A stretch of DNA of 63,996 nucleotides, the filler included, from Octopus bimaculoides (lineage: Eukaryota), in NCBI RefSeq assembly GCF_001194135.2. It is 4 parts of 3 records of this genome, joined end to end, with 100 filler letters (N's around TTAATTAATTAA, not from the genome) between each part and the next. Parts side by side here need not be neighbours in the genome. Positions count along the whole stretch, not along the records: positions 1 to 28,552 come from NC_068981.1; positions 28,653 to 31,650 come from NW_026309315.1; positions 31,751 to 42,039 come from NC_068982.1; 1 more part is not named here. One strand, 5' to 3'. Every line of letters begins with the position of its first letter. Within the stretch, counting starts at the first letter, position 1. The position numbers and the translations under genes were made by a program. The notes under the pieces were generated by a model. The model did not search any database. It worked only from the letters and a program-made list of their open reading frames with translations, and was not told the origin of the DNA. This document shows, in pieces, positions 25,951 to 36,622 of the stretch.

Positions 25951-26790
25951 TAAAGCTAAAAGTCAGAGTTCAGAAAAAGTCCCAAAAAATCAGAAAAAAA
26001 AGAAGTTAAAAAATAAACAAAACAGTCCGAAAACAGTAAGCGAAAAAGAAAGTAAAATAGAAAATGAGAAAACAGTTCACACAGCAAAAGAAAAATTCAA
26101 TGGCCAACAGGTACTCCTGGGCAACTCGTAGAAATGATCATTTGGTAATGGTAAATTAATCCAAAAAATTAATCCAAAGATGTTCGGGTGAGGATACGAC
26201 CCCACCCATTTTTTCATGCAAATCAAAAAACAGGATATTACATTAATCAGCAGCCGCCGACAGCAGGCGAAATTCTCCCAGAGCTGGGCGAAATTTAGTG
26301 ACAAAAAATATACACTATAATAAATTATGCCCAACTCGAAAGAAAAGAAAATCACCTACCTCGACGTACTGTTTTTATTTTGTTTTCTTTAAAAAGACGG
26401 AGCTCACGCAGCTCACGCCTTCCTTGTTCTGCTGGAAGAAGCCAACACAACACACATGCGTGGTAAGCGAGCTACTTACAACACAGTTACTCCTGCACTT
26501 AGACTGTTATAAAATTTACATTTACCCGAGAAGGAATACTAGAAACATTAATCTTACTGACTAGGGAAGGTATCTAATGTAACTACTTGGCCTAAATATC
26601 TCTTTTGAATTATCTTACCGAAGCAAGCGTGTAAAAGAAAGATAAATCCTACAAAAAGATGAAAAATGCTCAAATATATATTTAAGCAGGCCCTGTTTTG
26701 TTACATACATATCCTAAAGAGTGGCTTTCATCTAAATACTCAATATAGATGTTATTACAAAACTCTTTTATAATGTTTGATTAAATGTAC

Positions 26791-27196
26791 GTAGTAGGAG
26801 TAACTGTGTGGTAAGTAGCTTGCTTACCAACCACATGGTTCCGGGTTCATTCCCACTGCGTGGCACCTCTCCTACTATAGCCTGGGCCGACCAAAGCCTT
26901 GTGAGTGTATTTGGTAGACGGAAACTGAAAGAAACCCGTCTTACACGTATGCGTATGTATGTGTTAGTGTGTATGTTTGTGTCTGTGTTTGCCCCCCCAC
27001 CCAACATCGCTTGACAACCGATAGTGGTGTGCTTACGTCCCCGTAACATAGCAGTTTGGCAAAAGAGACCGATAGAATAAGTACTAGACTTCCAAAGAAT
27101 AAGTCCTGGGGTTGATTTGCTCGACTAAAAGGCGGTGCTCCAGCATGGTTGCAGTCAAATGACTAAAACAGGTAAAAGAGTAAAGAGTTAAGAGTA
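26791..27196 (+). mobile_element. Near full-length tRNA-derived SINE (family B in this window)
   Basis: Pol III A/B box-like head (TGTGTGGTAAG...GGTTCCGGGTTCATTCCCACTGCG), internal TG-rich tract and 3' end GGTGCTCCAGCATGG...AAAGAG. Homologous copies at 47252-47850, 28717-28940 (minus), 41640-41745 (minus) and 48836-48914 (tail). Confidence 0.85.
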
Positions 27197-27410
27197 GAGA
27201 ATAATCTAAATTATAAACATTACCGAACAGAAATTTTTTTTCTCCAATTTTGACTCTATTTTCCTAATTTATGAATGTTGCTGGTCAGATAGCATTTGTC
27301 GCAGTTGTCTAGAGGACCTTCTATGACCTTTCAAAATAGCTTGCTAGCATTGAGCTGGCTAGGTTTGCTGCTCTATCTATCCGGCTATCATTGTGCTGGC
27401 ACATCATTCT

Positions 27411-27530
27411 TGTTGCTGTTGTTGTTGTTGTTGTTCTTCTTCTTCTTCTTCTTCTTCTTCTTCTTCTTCTTCTTCTTCTCCTTTTTTTCTTCTTCTTCTT
27501 CTCCTTTTTCTTCTTCTTCTTCTTCTTCTT

Positions 27531-27608
<78 letters not shown>

Positions 27609-27610
27609 TA
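27411..27610. repeat. Compound (GTT)n-(CTT)n-(ATT)n microsatellite
   Basis: Direct sequence. Confidence 0.97.
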
Positions 27611-28050
27611 TGGTTTCCTTTCAATATGACTATTTCAGTTGCCTTCGTTCCGGGCAACGTCCGGACGCCAATAGCAGCAGGGGCATTTACGTTTTACTAT
27701 GCATGCTAAAATTACCGCCAAATGTACTCCATTTTAGATGAAGAGTGCTTTTCGTAGTTTATGGGCTATACCCACCAAGGTTAACTGTTATAGTTCACGG
27801 AGCTCGAAGTTACCAGGAATTAGCAGCTTAATATAGTATTCAGCTCCAGTTACTCCTGCTATTATCGTAGTACTAACGTTCCACATTGTTGAGATTTAAA
27901 TTTCCATATTCCTTTCTGGAGACATTTTGATATTGCAGGAAAGAGGTATCTATTAACAGACAATTTCCTCTTTTGTAATCCTTAATCACAATGTCTGGTT
28001 TATGGGAGTCAATTTTTTTCTGTTTGTTCGTATTGGAATGTTCCAAATGG
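27611..28050 (-). mobile_element. R4/Dong-like LINE 3' end (RLE domain remnant and 3'UTR) ending in (AAT)n
   Basis: TIWNIPIRTNRKKIDSHKPDIVIKDYKRGNCLLID (PD..D endonuclease motif)...LVGIAHKLRKAL, then UTR and (AAT)n. Confidence 0.78.
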
Positions 28051-28084
28051 TGCTACATGCAGCCTACTGTAGCATGCTATCAAC

Positions 28085-28290
28085 TCTCCTCATCTATCTA
28101 ATAGTTTCCTGATTATTTTGCCAGTGCCAAGTAGGCAGCACATTTGTAACAATTCTACTGGGTAGTCTATTCCAATTTCCTTTATATTCCCTTTGATGCC
28201 TTGTGATACTGTTCCCGAGGACCCAGCAATAATTGACACTATCTTCACCTTTTTCATTTTCCTTAGCCGGGATATTTGCCACTTAAAGGG
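28085..28290 (-). mobile_element. Second R4/Dong-like LINE C-terminal fragment
   Basis: VKIVSIIAGSSGTVSQGIKGNIKEIGIDYPVELLQMCCLLGTGKIIRKLLDR* matches the RLE-clade terminal motif (PVIIGALG...LQK..LLGTA.I.R). Confidence 0.78.
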
Positions 28291-28301
28291 TTTGGATTTA
28301 T

Positions 28302-28337
28302 CTGTTGTTGTTGTTGTTGCTGTTGTTGTTGTTGTTA

Positions 28338-28371
<34 letters not shown>

Positions 28372-28377
28372 CTTCTT

Positions 28378-28440
<63 letters not shown>
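28302..28440. repeat. Compound (GTT)n-(CTT)n-(ATT)n microsatellite
   Basis: Direct sequence. Confidence 0.97.
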
Positions 28441-28443
<3 letters not shown>

Positions 28444-28552
28444 TAGTTTTATTTTTATAACGTACTTTCACTTCACTACCGAGCGCAGCTCTGTGCGCCT
28501 TGGGTATGTGCTGTGGTTTGCTGTGGTGCTCTTATGTTTACTGTATTGAAAG
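28441..28552 (-). mobile_element. Probable LINE 3'UTR ending in (AAT)n
   Basis: Minus strand reads ...CACATACCCAAGGCGCACAGAGCTGCGCTCGGTAGTGAAGTGAAAG...AAAATAAAACTACTG-(AAT)n. Family assignment is by recall and position. Confidence 0.45.
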
Positions 28553-28652
28553 NNNNNNNNNNNNNNNNNNNNNNNNNNNNNNNNNNNNNNNNNNNNTTAA
28601 TTAATTAANNNNNNNNNNNNNNNNNNNNNNNNNNNNNNNNNNNNNNNNNNNN
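28553..28652. other. Assembly join spacer (44 N + TTAATTAATTAA + 44 N)
   Basis: Identical 100-bp construct occurs three times. The 12-mer gives stops in all six frames. Confidence 0.95.
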
Positions 28653-28940
28653 CCCTGCAGAATTGTTAGCACACCAAGCGAAATGCTTAGTAGTATTTCG
28701 TCTGTCTTTGCATTCTGCGGCCATGCTGGAACACCTTAGTTGTGAGGGATATAAACAAACACCAGTTGTCCAATGGAGGTAGGGACAAACACAATGACAC
28801 ACACAAGTCTTACGTATACACAACATGCTTCTTTCAGTTTCCAACGACCAAATCCACTCACAAGACTATAGAATTCACTTACCCAAGGTGCCATGCAGTG
28901 GGACTGACCCCAGAACCATGTTGTTGGGAACAAGTTTTAT
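28653..28940. mobile_element. SINE family A head (+) fused to a family B body (-)
   Basis: GCAGAATTGTTAGCACACCAAGCGAAATGCTTAG head, then the reverse complement of the 26791-27196 family. Confidence 0.7.
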
Positions 28941-30104
28941 CTCTTAAATTCATCTCTTATTTCATTAAGCCATAAATCACATTATGTCTATCAAACATAT
29001 TAAAAGGTAATTAAACAAAACCTTCTAAGTTCAATGGCAGGATTTCAAATGAATTTGTGGAACTTCTCTGCTTGTGATTAATATATTACCATAATGTTCT
29101 CAAATATGCTGACACTACAGAATTTCCATGGGTCCTGCTAGTAATACATAATGTTTGGTAACAAAATTATGTCTCTAAATGTTCTCTCAAAGGAATATCC
29201 AATAATTTTAGATATTTTAAAATAACAATATTGATAAAATTACCAGATTTAACAAACAAAAATAAGAAGAATTAATTTCTTCAACAAAATGTACCACCAT
29301 ATGACAAAAACTATACAAAGTAGAGTNNNNNNNNNNNNNNNNNNNNNNNNNNNNNNNNNNNNNNNNNNNNNNNNNNNNNNNNNNNNNNNNNNNNNNNNNN
29401 NNNNNNNNNNNNNNNNNNNNNNNNNNNNNNNNNNNNNNNNNNNNNNNNNNNNNNNNNNNNNNNNNNNNNNNNNNNNNNNNNNNNNNNNNNNNNNNNNNNN
29501 NNNNNNNNNNNNNNNNNNNNNNNNNNNNNNNNNNNNNNNNNNNNNNNNNNNNNNNNNNNNNNNNNNNNNNNNNNNNNNNNNNNNNNNNNNNNNNNNNNNN
29601 NNNNNNNNNNNNNNNNNNNNNNNNNNNNNNNNNNNNNNNNNNNNNNNNNNNNNNNNNNNNNNNNNNNNNNNNNNNNNNNNNNNNNNNNNNNNNNNNNNNN
29701 NNNNNNNNNNNNNNNNNNNNNNNNNNNNNNNNNNNNNNNNNNNNNNNNNNNNNNNNNNNNNNNNNNNNNNNNNNNNNNNNNNNNNNNNNNNNNNNNNNNN
29801 NNNNNNNNNNNNNNNNNNNNNNNNNNNNNNNNNNNNNNNNNNNNNNNNNNNNNNNNNNNNNNNNNNNNNNNNNNNNNNNNNNNNNNNNNNNNNNNNNNNN
29901 NNNNNNNNNNNNNNNNNNNNNNNNNNNNNNNNNNNNNNNNNNNNNNNNNNNNNNNNNNNNNNNNNNNNNNNNNNNNNNNNNNNNNNNNNNNNNNNNNNNN
30001 NNNNNNNNNNNNNNNNNNNNNNNNNNNNNNNNNNNNNNNNNNNNNNNNNNNNNNNNNNNNNNNNNNNNNNNNNNNNNNNNNNNNNNNNNNNNNNNNNNNN
30101 NNNN

Positions 30105-30685
30105 GAGTGTAGTGGGTGATTTTACTGGAATAAGAGCCAGTCAGTCAGTTCTGGCAATGACCATACTCAAAAGGTGTTTTTACGTGCTACATGCACAGGA
30201 GCCAGTCCGACAGCACTGGTAACGACCACGCTCGAATGTTGTTTTTCACGTGCCAGTAAGGCGACACTGGCAACGATCATGCTCGAATGTTGCTTTTCGC
30301 GTGTTACCAGCATGGGAGCCAATCGGTAACCCTGGCAACGATCATGCTCGGATGTGCTTTTAATGTTCCCCTAACACGAGTGCCAATCAGGCTATACTGT
30401 GATCGGCCACGTCAGTGATTTGGATATGTTTACACTTGCCTCAATAGGTCTTTGCTAGCAAAGTTTATTGTCCAATGAGTGAGGGGAACTCATACGTGGG
30501 CCGGTTACACCCTACGTTCGGATGTGCTTTTAACGTTCCAATGGCATGAGTGCCAATCAAGTGATACTGTCATCGGCCATGTCAGCGATTTTGATTTTGA
30601 TTTCATTTGCCTCAATAGGTCTTCGTAAGCAAAGTCTATTGTCTAATGAATGAGGAGTATTCATAAGTGAGCTGGTTACGAATAT
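30105..30685 (-). mobile_element. Repetitive 3'UTR of an RTE-X-like LINE, with an internal duplication of about 170 bp
   Basis: Reverse-complement homology to 33140-33360 (CACGTAAAA..CACC / GAGCGTGGTCGTT units). 30345-30510 is duplicated at 30517-30685. Confidence 0.7.
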
Positions 30686-30699
30686 TTAGATATCATAAC

Positions 30700-31650
30700 T
30701 TTACAATTTATCTCTCATATGAATGCATGTATGAAGAATTAGTTGGTTANNNNNNNNNNNNNNNNNNNNNNNNNNNNNNNNNNNNNNNNNNNNNNNNNNN
30801 NNNNNNNNNNNNNNNNNNNNNGTTAACTTACCATTCTCAATAAATGTTTTACCACAAATATTACAGTGATAAGGTTTCTCTCCTGCATGGATGGGATTGT
30901 GTCTTGATAAATAACTTTTATAAGAAAATGATTTACTACAGATATCGCATTGATATGGCTTCTCTCCTGTATGAAGATATTTATGATCTGTTAAGTTAAT
31001 ACTTTGAGAGAAGGATTTACAACAGACATTACAGTGATATGGTTTCTCTCCAGTATGAATGCGTTTATGAATATTTAGTGCTCCTTTTTCAGAGAATGAT
31101 TTACCACAGATATCACAAAAATATGATTTCTCTCCTGTATGAGTGTTTACGTGAGTAGTCAGGTTACTTTTATAAGAGAATGATTTACCACCGATATCAC
31201 GGTGATATGGTTTCTCTCCTGTATGAATGCATATATGAATAGTTAGATGATGATTTCGAGAGAATGATTTACCACTAATATTACACTGAAATGGGTTCTC
31301 CCCCGTATGGATGCATTTATGAAGAGTTAGATGAGCGTTTCAAAAGAATGATTTATTAGACATATTGCACTGATATGGTTTCTCTCCTGTATAATTGCAT
31401 TTCTGAAGAGTTAGTTGATTATTTTGAGAAAATGATATTCCACACATATTACAGCGATAAGGTTTCCCCTCTTTATGAACGTGGTTAAGAGTAGTTAGTT
31501 GTCCACTTTGAATGAAAGATCCACTACAAATATTACAAGGATAGGGTTTCTCTCCACTATGCAAGGGTTTGTGTCTAGATAAGTGATTTTTATTCGAAAA
31601 TGATTTACCGCAGATATCACACTGATACTGCATCTCTTTTATATGAAGAC
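30700..31650 (-). pseudogene. Tandem C2H2 (Kruppel-type) zinc-finger array, at least 11 fingers, probably pseudogenised
   Basis: One frame with 84-bp periodicity and TGEKP linkers. In-frame TGA at 31340-31342 (finger 4). Zinc ligands lost in fingers 2-6. Fingers 1, 7, 8 and 9 are intact. Equivalent Leu codons either side of the 72-N gap (30824-26 and 30740-42) are exactly 84 bp apart. Ends ...HTCIHMRDKL*. The 5' part is cut by an assembly join. Confidence 0.9.
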
Positions 31651-31750
31651 NNNNNNNNNNNNNNNNNNNNNNNNNNNNNNNNNNNNNNNNNNNNTTAATT
31701 AATTAANNNNNNNNNNNNNNNNNNNNNNNNNNNNNNNNNNNNNNNNNNNN
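31651..31750. other. Assembly join spacer (44 N + TTAATTAATTAA + 44 N)
   Basis: Same construct as 28553-28652. Confidence 0.95.
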
Positions 31751-32079
31751 TCTCTCTCTCCCTCTCCCTCTTTTACTTTTACTCTATATTTTTATGTTGA
31801 GCGCGTGTGTAAGAATGGCGTTCCAGATAGCAGGGATGAAATATAAAAGTTGCTAGAAACAACAGCCAAATCTCCCTTAAATCACACAAAGTAAACGGAA
31901 TTTTAAAAATCTAATTACTGCACTAGAAAGTTCACATCGAGAAAATTCCATTGATGTAAAAATTTTTACGAAAAAGTGGAAAATGTGGATTTCTATAAAC
32001 ATTCAAAAAGGCTTCACACAAACACACAATTTCAGATTTATATATTAAGATATATATAAAACTATCATCATTACCATGA

Positions 32080-32232
32080 CGGGTAAAGTTGACCTTCAAA
32101 TTCTGCTGAGGTCGACCTTACCATTCATCCTTTTTGGGGTCAACAACGTAAGCACCAATTGAGTACTGGGATCAATGTAGTCGACTTGCCCCGCTCCCAG
32201 GATCACTGGTCTTGTACCAAAATTTGAAACAA
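32080..32232 (+). mobile_element. SINE family A 3' portion
   Basis: AAATTCTGCTGAGGTCGACCTT..CATTCATCCTTT..GGGGTC...GTACTGGG..CTTGTACCAAAA, homologous to the 40015-40458 copies. Confidence 0.75.
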
Positions 32233-32819
32233 TTATGGTTTTTCTGTCCTTTTCTTCTATGTTGACATAAGTGTGATGGATTTCACAGCATGTTGCTACA
32301 GGTCAGTTAGATATGTGTGTGTGTATATATAATGTACTGTTCCATGATAGAAAATTCAACAAAAAAAAAAGTACTCCATCTGGTGAGAGATAAATATTAT
32401 TTATTCAAAGGACACAACACATGTCTTTAAGTGCTATTAATAATTTCATAATTTTTTGATAGTTTCATAGTTTTTTTAATAAATTTTTTAGTTCATTGTA
32501 TGTGGTTTTTGCCTGAAGAATATGTTTGAGATATTTCTCAACATATGCAACTATTAGTATCACTTAAGGGCATGTTGTGTTCTTAAATAAATAATATATA
32601 TATATTATAAGAAAATAAAGAGATAATTAATAAATTATTATTTATTATTATTATTAATTAAAAACTTGACAAACAATAAATATATATAACCCACGGTTTA
32701 TATTGTTACCTTACAGTTGAATATTAACAGTAATGTTCAACATTCTTTCTATAGGTAACTAACCAGTACTTTCATAGGATTTCGCTATCCCTTAATGAGG
32801 TTTGTAATTTTTATTTGAA

Positions 32820-32852
<33 letters not shown>

Positions 32853-32854
<2 letters not shown>

Positions 32855-33510
32855 GAAAAAGTGCCACACCCTAGCAGTTGAGGGAACCTGTGGAAGAGGT
32901 AGGCCCAGGAAGACCTGGGATGAGGTGGTGAGGCACGACCTTCGAACATTGGGCCTCACTGNNNNNNNNNNNNNNNNNNNNNNNNNNNNNNNNNNNNNNN
33001 NNNNNNNNNNNNNNNNNNNNNNNNNNNNNNNNNNNNNNNNNNNNNNNNNNNNNNNNNNNNNNNNNNNNNNNNNNNNNNNNNNNNNNNNNNNNNNNNNNNN
33101 NNNNNNNNNNNNNNNNNNNNNNNNNNNNNNNNNNNNNNNAAGACCTTTTGAGGCAAGTGAAATCGTGATGGCACCAGTGCACTGGCACTTGTGCCAGTGG
33201 CACGTGTAAGGACATTCTTGCGAGATCGTTGCCAGTGCCACTGGACTGGCTCCCGTGCAGGTGGCACGTAAAAGACACCATTTTGAGCGTGGCCATTACC
33301 AGTACCGCCTGAATGGTTTTCATGCCGGTGGCACGTAAAAGCACCCACTACACTCTCGGAGTGGTTGGCGTTAGGAAGGGCATCCAGCTGTAGAAACTCT
33401 GCCAAATCAGATTGGAGCCTGGTGTAACCACCTGGTTCACCAGTCCTCAGTCAAATCGTCCAACCCATGCTAGCATAGAAAGCGGACGTTAAACGATGAT
33501 GATGATATAT
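32853..33510 (+). mobile_element. 3' end of an RTE-X-like LINE with repetitive 3'UTR and (GAT)n tail
   Basis: KKCHTLAVEGTCGRGRPRKTWDEVVRHDLRTLGLT (GRGRPRKTW is a typical RTE C-terminal motif). UTR has repeated GTGGCACGTAAAA units. Ends GGACGTTAAACGATGATGAT. Confidence 0.85.
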
Positions 33511-33513
33511 ATA

Positions 33514-33550
<37 letters not shown>

Positions 33551-34024
33551 TTATATCTGATGATGACGATGATCATCATCATTGTTTTAATGTCTAATCT
33601 TCCAAGCTTGCATACATCACATGAGATACATTACGGCATATTTACTGTAAGCTGGATGCTTTCCCTGTCACCACCCCTGTATCTTCTCCCTGATTCAAAC
33701 ATGTTTTCATGGAAGACTGCAATCAAATGTCACCATTTGTATGAGGGTGAAGCTTGCTTAGGATTAGCACACAATGTCAAGACAAAGACAGAGAAAAGGA
33801 GGGAGAGAGAAGGAGGGAGAGAAAGGGAAGGAGGAGAGATAGTGAGTGAGACACATGCCCAGATGTGTGTGTGTGTGTGCATGTGTGTATTACTATATGT
33901 CCTCTTCTCCTCTCACACTCTTGCAACTTTGCATTAACTTACATTAACTACAAATAACTTGAATGGTGCATTTCAATGGAAACTAATTTCAAATCACATA
34001 AAAATGAAAAAAACTTTTCCTTAC

Positions 34025-34192
34025 CGTATTAGAAATTAAAACATCAGCTAGACAAACAAATAATGAACCTAAAACAAAACCAATTGTCACAGGTATAAAA
34101 GCATACTGTCCATCTTTTCCATAAACACCAGATACCCGGGCAGTTTCCACAGCTGGGTCTAACAGTGACCAATAAGATGCAGCAGTCATTAC
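34025..34192 (-). CDS. SLC39A11: Zinc transporter ZIP11, internal coding exon (168 bp, phase 0-0)
   Basis: VMTAASYWSLLDPAVETARVSGVYGKDGQYAFIPVTIGFVLGSLFVCLADVLISNT matches vertebrate ZIP11 VMLAASYWSLLAPAVEMA...AFFPVAVGFTLGAAFVYLAD. Acceptor TTTTAAG and donor ACG/GTAAGG. Confidence 0.93.
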
Positions 34193-34363
34193 CTTAAAAA
34201 TATACGAAAAAAAAAAAAATTATTTGAAACTTGATGTTGCTGCTGGCAAGAATGAATTTCTCAACTCATATTTAGAAATATGCAGAAGCATTTAAGGTGA
34301 CGAGCTGGGAGAATCGTTAGCATGCTCGGTTTTAGCTTTATCTTTACATTCTGAGAGTGAAGG

Positions 34364-34665
34364 TTCGTGGCTTAGTGGTTAGAGTATTTAGCTCATGATT
34401 GTAAGGTCATGAGTTCAATTCCTGGTGGCGCATTGTGTCCTTGAGTGAAACACTTTATTTCACATTGTTCCAGTCCACTCAGCTGGCAAAAATGAGTCAT
34501 ACCTGTATTTCAAAGGGCCAGCCTTGTCACACTCTGTGTCACGCTGAATCTCCCTGAGAACTATGTTAAGGGTACACGTGTCTGTGGAGTGCTCAGCAAC
34601 ATGCACGTTCATTTCATGATTGGATCAACTGGAACTCTCGTCATCATAACCAATGGTGTAGCATT
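34364..34665 (+). mobile_element. tRNA-derived SINE (family C)
   Basis: Head GGCTTAGTGGTTAG...GAGTTCAATTCC, followed by GTGTCCTTGAG..AAACACTTTATTTCAC..CCAGTCCACTCAGCTGG central domain. Confidence 0.7.
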
Positions 34666-36622
34666 CTGATTTCTCTGTCTAAAGTCATGCTTATATATTT
34701 ACATTTTAAAAAAAATGAATCATGCATTATCTCATAGCTTTGAGATTTCANNNNNNNNNNNNNNNNNNNNNNNNNNNNNNNNNNNNNNNNNNNNNNNNNN
34801 NNNNNNNNNNNNNNNNNNNNNNNNNNNNNNNNNNNNNNNNNNNNNNNNNNNNNNNNNNNNNNNNNNNNNNNNNNNNNNNNNNNNNNNNNNNNNNNNNNNN
34901 NNNNNNNNNNNNNNNNNNNNNNNNNNNNNNNNNNNNNNNNNNNNNNNNNNNNNNNNNNNNNNNNNNNNNNNNNNNNNNNNNNNNNNNNNNNNNNNNNNNN
35001 NNNNNNNNNNNNNNNNNNNNNNNNNNNNNNNNNNNNNNNNNNNNNNNNNNNNNNNNNNNNNNNNNNNNNNNNNNNNNNNNNNNNNNNNNNNNNNNNNNNN
35101 NNNNNNNNNNNNNNNNNNNNNNNNNNNNNNNNNNNNNNNNNNNNNNNNNNNNNNNNNNNNNNNNNNNNNNNNNNNNNNNNNNNNNNNNNNNNNNNNNNNN
35201 NNNNNNNNNNNNNNNNNNNNNNNNNNNNNNNNNNNNNNNNNNNNNNNNNNNNNNNNNNNNNNNNNNNNNNNNNNNNNNNNNNNNNNNNNNNNNNNNNNNN
35301 NNNNNNNNNNNNNNNNNNNNNNNNNNNNNNNNNNNNNNNNNNNNNNNNNNNNNNNNNNNNNNNNNNNNNNNNNNNNNNNNNNNNNNNNNNNNNNNNNNNN
35401 NNNNNNNNNNNNNNNNNNNNNNNNNNNNNNNNNNNNNNNNNNNNNNNNNNNNNNNNNNNNNNNNNNNNNNNNNNNNNNNNNNNNNNNNNNNNNNNNNNNN
35501 NNNNNNNNNNNNNNNNNNNNNNNNNNNNNNNNNNNNNNNNNNNNNNNNNNNNNNNNNNNNNNNNNNNNNNNNNNNNNNNNNNNNNNNNNNNNNNNNNNNN
35601 NNNNNNNNNNNNNNNNNNNNNNTATCAACTATGAAACGATGAAAGGCAAACATCTGAATTTGAACTCAGAACGTAAAGACAAACAAAATGCTGCTAAGCA
35701 TTTTGACCTGTGTGTTAAAAATTCTGCCAACTTGCCGCCGCGTCAATGTCCTAATATTGAAAAAAAAAAAAGAAAAAAGAAAATGATTTAAAAACGAAAA
35801 TTTTAAGTTTTATCACTTCAAATATTTTTCTAAGTTGCCGGGACATACTTCTCCACCGTGTATCCTAAAACTTTGACAGTAAGAGTTACCTCCCATATAA
35901 AAAAGAATAGTCCCCTTAAAGTCCCAAGCTTCCTTCTTACAAGTCTTATCATAACGTTGTAATGATACAAAGCTCGGCTTGTAGTAAAGAGAAGTCAGAG
36001 AATAAAGATTACTAACCTGGTGTTTGTGGAGATGATCCAAAAACAACATGCTAGCAACTATGAGTATCTTTAACTGTCTTGTCAGAAATCAAAATATAAG
36101 CTCAACAAATAAAGTTCAGTATCTATATTTAATAGATCATTCACTCGGAGTATCATATAATCAGTAGCACAAGGCCAGCAATTTCCTTTCGTAAATGAAT
36201 ACCTTTATTTATACAGGTCCAGCAACCATCAACTGCAATTTTCAGATCACATCAAATGAAAGTGATTTATAATCCACAAGCATTTGTCATTATGATAAAT
36301 CAGAGACAAATCAGCATGGATATGTAGCATACCTTCAAAAGCTATTAACTGCAATCAAACTTGGCCTCAGCTGAGTATCAAGAGCTGGATCAGGCACAGT
36401 TAACATACTAAGTATATATACTCAGATATATGAATCACAGCAGTGTTAACCGCTGTAAAGGCTCAAGTCCAGTTCATACTTTTTGTGCCAACTTAAATAT
36501 TTAGTAGAGATAAATAATTTTCCACTGGCCAGACAAGTTTCTAGATTTTGTAATATTTACGAGATATGCATGAAATATCTTTAGACATGATAAATTTACA
36601 AATCTTAGATATCACATAGGAA

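Noticed and set aside
28597-28608. TTAATTAATTAA palindrome, repeated at 31695-31706 and 42084-42095
   Set aside because: Always centred in exactly 44 N + 44 N. It is an artificial all-frame-stop assembly linker, not a biological motif.
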